Shown here in pieces: positions 63,080 through 64,000 of a DNA stretch of 64,000 bases. The position numbers were made by a program, and so were the translations under genes. The first letter of the stretch is position 1; the number at the start of each line of letters is the position of its first letter. The DNA is taken from contig CAYJMG010000004.1 of assembly GCA_964371355.1 (NCBI GenBank), forward strand, positions 62,041 to 126,040, in the 5' to 3' direction. The DNA is from an uncultured Dehalococcoidia bacterium. Lineage in GTDB: Bacteria > Chloroflexota > Dehalococcoidia > DSTF01 > JACRBR01. A model generated the notes under the pieces. The model ran no database searches. It had not been told where the DNA came from and was given only the letters and a program-made list of their open reading frames with translations.

Positions 63080-63892
63080 CTACGACTGCGCTGGCATTGC
63101 TCCCTCGGCTCGCGAGCCGACGTCGCGGGGCGGCAGGAACGACACGTCCGCTGCCAGGCCGTAATGGTCCGATGCCGACAGCCGCTCGTCGGTGGCGTGG
63201 CGCGCGTGGAACGCCAGCCGGGCGTCGTGCACCCGTACCCGGTCGTCCACGAAGATGTAGTCGATGGTCTTCGGCGTGCCACCCCACTCCGCGTGCACGG
63301 GCGCGGGCACCGTCCCCTCGGGCTCGCGGCCATGCACCAGCGCGTACGCCGAGCGCATACGCTCTCCCACCGCCGCGATGGGCGGAGAGCCAGGCGTTGC
63401 GTTCAGATCGCCCACGAAGATCGATGGTACGTCGTCGTGCATGGCCATCCACTCCAGGATCCGCACCGCCTGCGCCAGACGCAGGGCTCCGGCATCCGTC
63501 GCGTGGTGCAGATGCGTGTTGTAGACGTCGAACGGCCGACCGTCCGGCGCCCGGAGGCGCACCCGCACGGCCACCCGGTGTCCCCCGCGCAGGTCGATCG
63601 CCTCCGATCCCAGAATCTCCAGCCGCGTCTTGACCCCGATGGCCTCCCATCGGCTCTTCCAGCCCGCCTTCGCCACCTGGTGCAGTACGTACGGGCGCGA
63701 GCCCTCGGGCAACAGCCCGTTCACACGGTCGACGATCCACTTGCCCTGCGCGATCGGGACCGAGATCTCTTGCAGGCCGATCACGTCCGGCAGCAGTTCG
63801 GCGATCTGTTCGATCACCATCGGCGCGCGTTCGTTCCACCGGTCGGAACGGTTGCGCAGGTTCAGGGTCGCGATGCGCACGGTCTCCGTCAT
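63080..63892 (-). CDS. endonuclease/exonuclease/phosphatase (EEP) family protein
   Basis: ATLN, DVIGLQE, NTHL, GDLN, IDYIF, SDH; TAGAAT 7 nt before the ATG. Confidence 0.9.
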   Translation of the reverse strand: MTETVRIATLNLRNRSDRWNERAPMVIEQIAELLPDVIGLQEISVPIAQGKWIVDRVNGLLPEGSRPYVLHQVAKAGWKSRWEAIGVKTRLEILGSEAIDLRGGHRVAVRVRLRAPDGRPFDVYNTHLHHATDAGALRLAQAVRILEWMAMHDDVPSIFVGDLNATPGSPPIAAVGERMRSAYALVHGREPEGTVPAPVHAEWGGTPKTIDYIFVDDRVRVHDARLAFHARHATDERLSASDHYGLAADVSFLPPRDVGSRAEGAMPAQS

Positions 63893-64000
63893 CTGCCTGA
63901 TTCTATCGAAGCGCGATCGACGAGCAGGGACGGCCACGCGTGGCCGTCCCGGTACGTCGCTCATTGCGCGAACGGCTCCAGCGGATCGCCGGTCACCCGC

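Overview
High-GC chromosomal window. The gene content suggests a Chloroflexota (Dehalococcoidia-like) bacterium, which is an inference. It is mostly housekeeping: argG, argH, rph, comEC, a split ADP-forming acyl-CoA synthetase, rpe, dnaX-ybaB-recR, msrA, ybeY, gatCA, a class A PBP, tRNA-Leu(GAG) and tRNA-Cys(GCA). It also holds a complex I (nuo) operon ordered A-C-D-H-J-K-x-L-M-N that lacks nuoEFG and both Fe-S subunits nuoB and nuoI. The most interesting signal is absent from the ORF track: a 29-aa hydrophobic peptide gene ending -APWIWGR, with a strong RBS, a sigma-28-type promoter and its own terminator, directly upstream of a DUF5317-like membrane protein. The same GCCGAT -10 motif precedes the two c-di-GMP enzymes in the window, which suggests a peptide/c-di-GMP signalling regulon. 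Other notable items: a DUF5678-like + retropepsin two-gene module, an integrase-less islet at tRNA-Cys bounded by att-like repeats, a 55-bp tandem repeat with a dispersed copy, several REP-like and heptamer repeat families (one in frame inside a peptidase gene), an SPFH protein with three 74-aa repeats, and widespread apparently leaderless genes. Family names come from motif recognition, not database searches, and many start codons were re-called downstream of the ORF-track starts.
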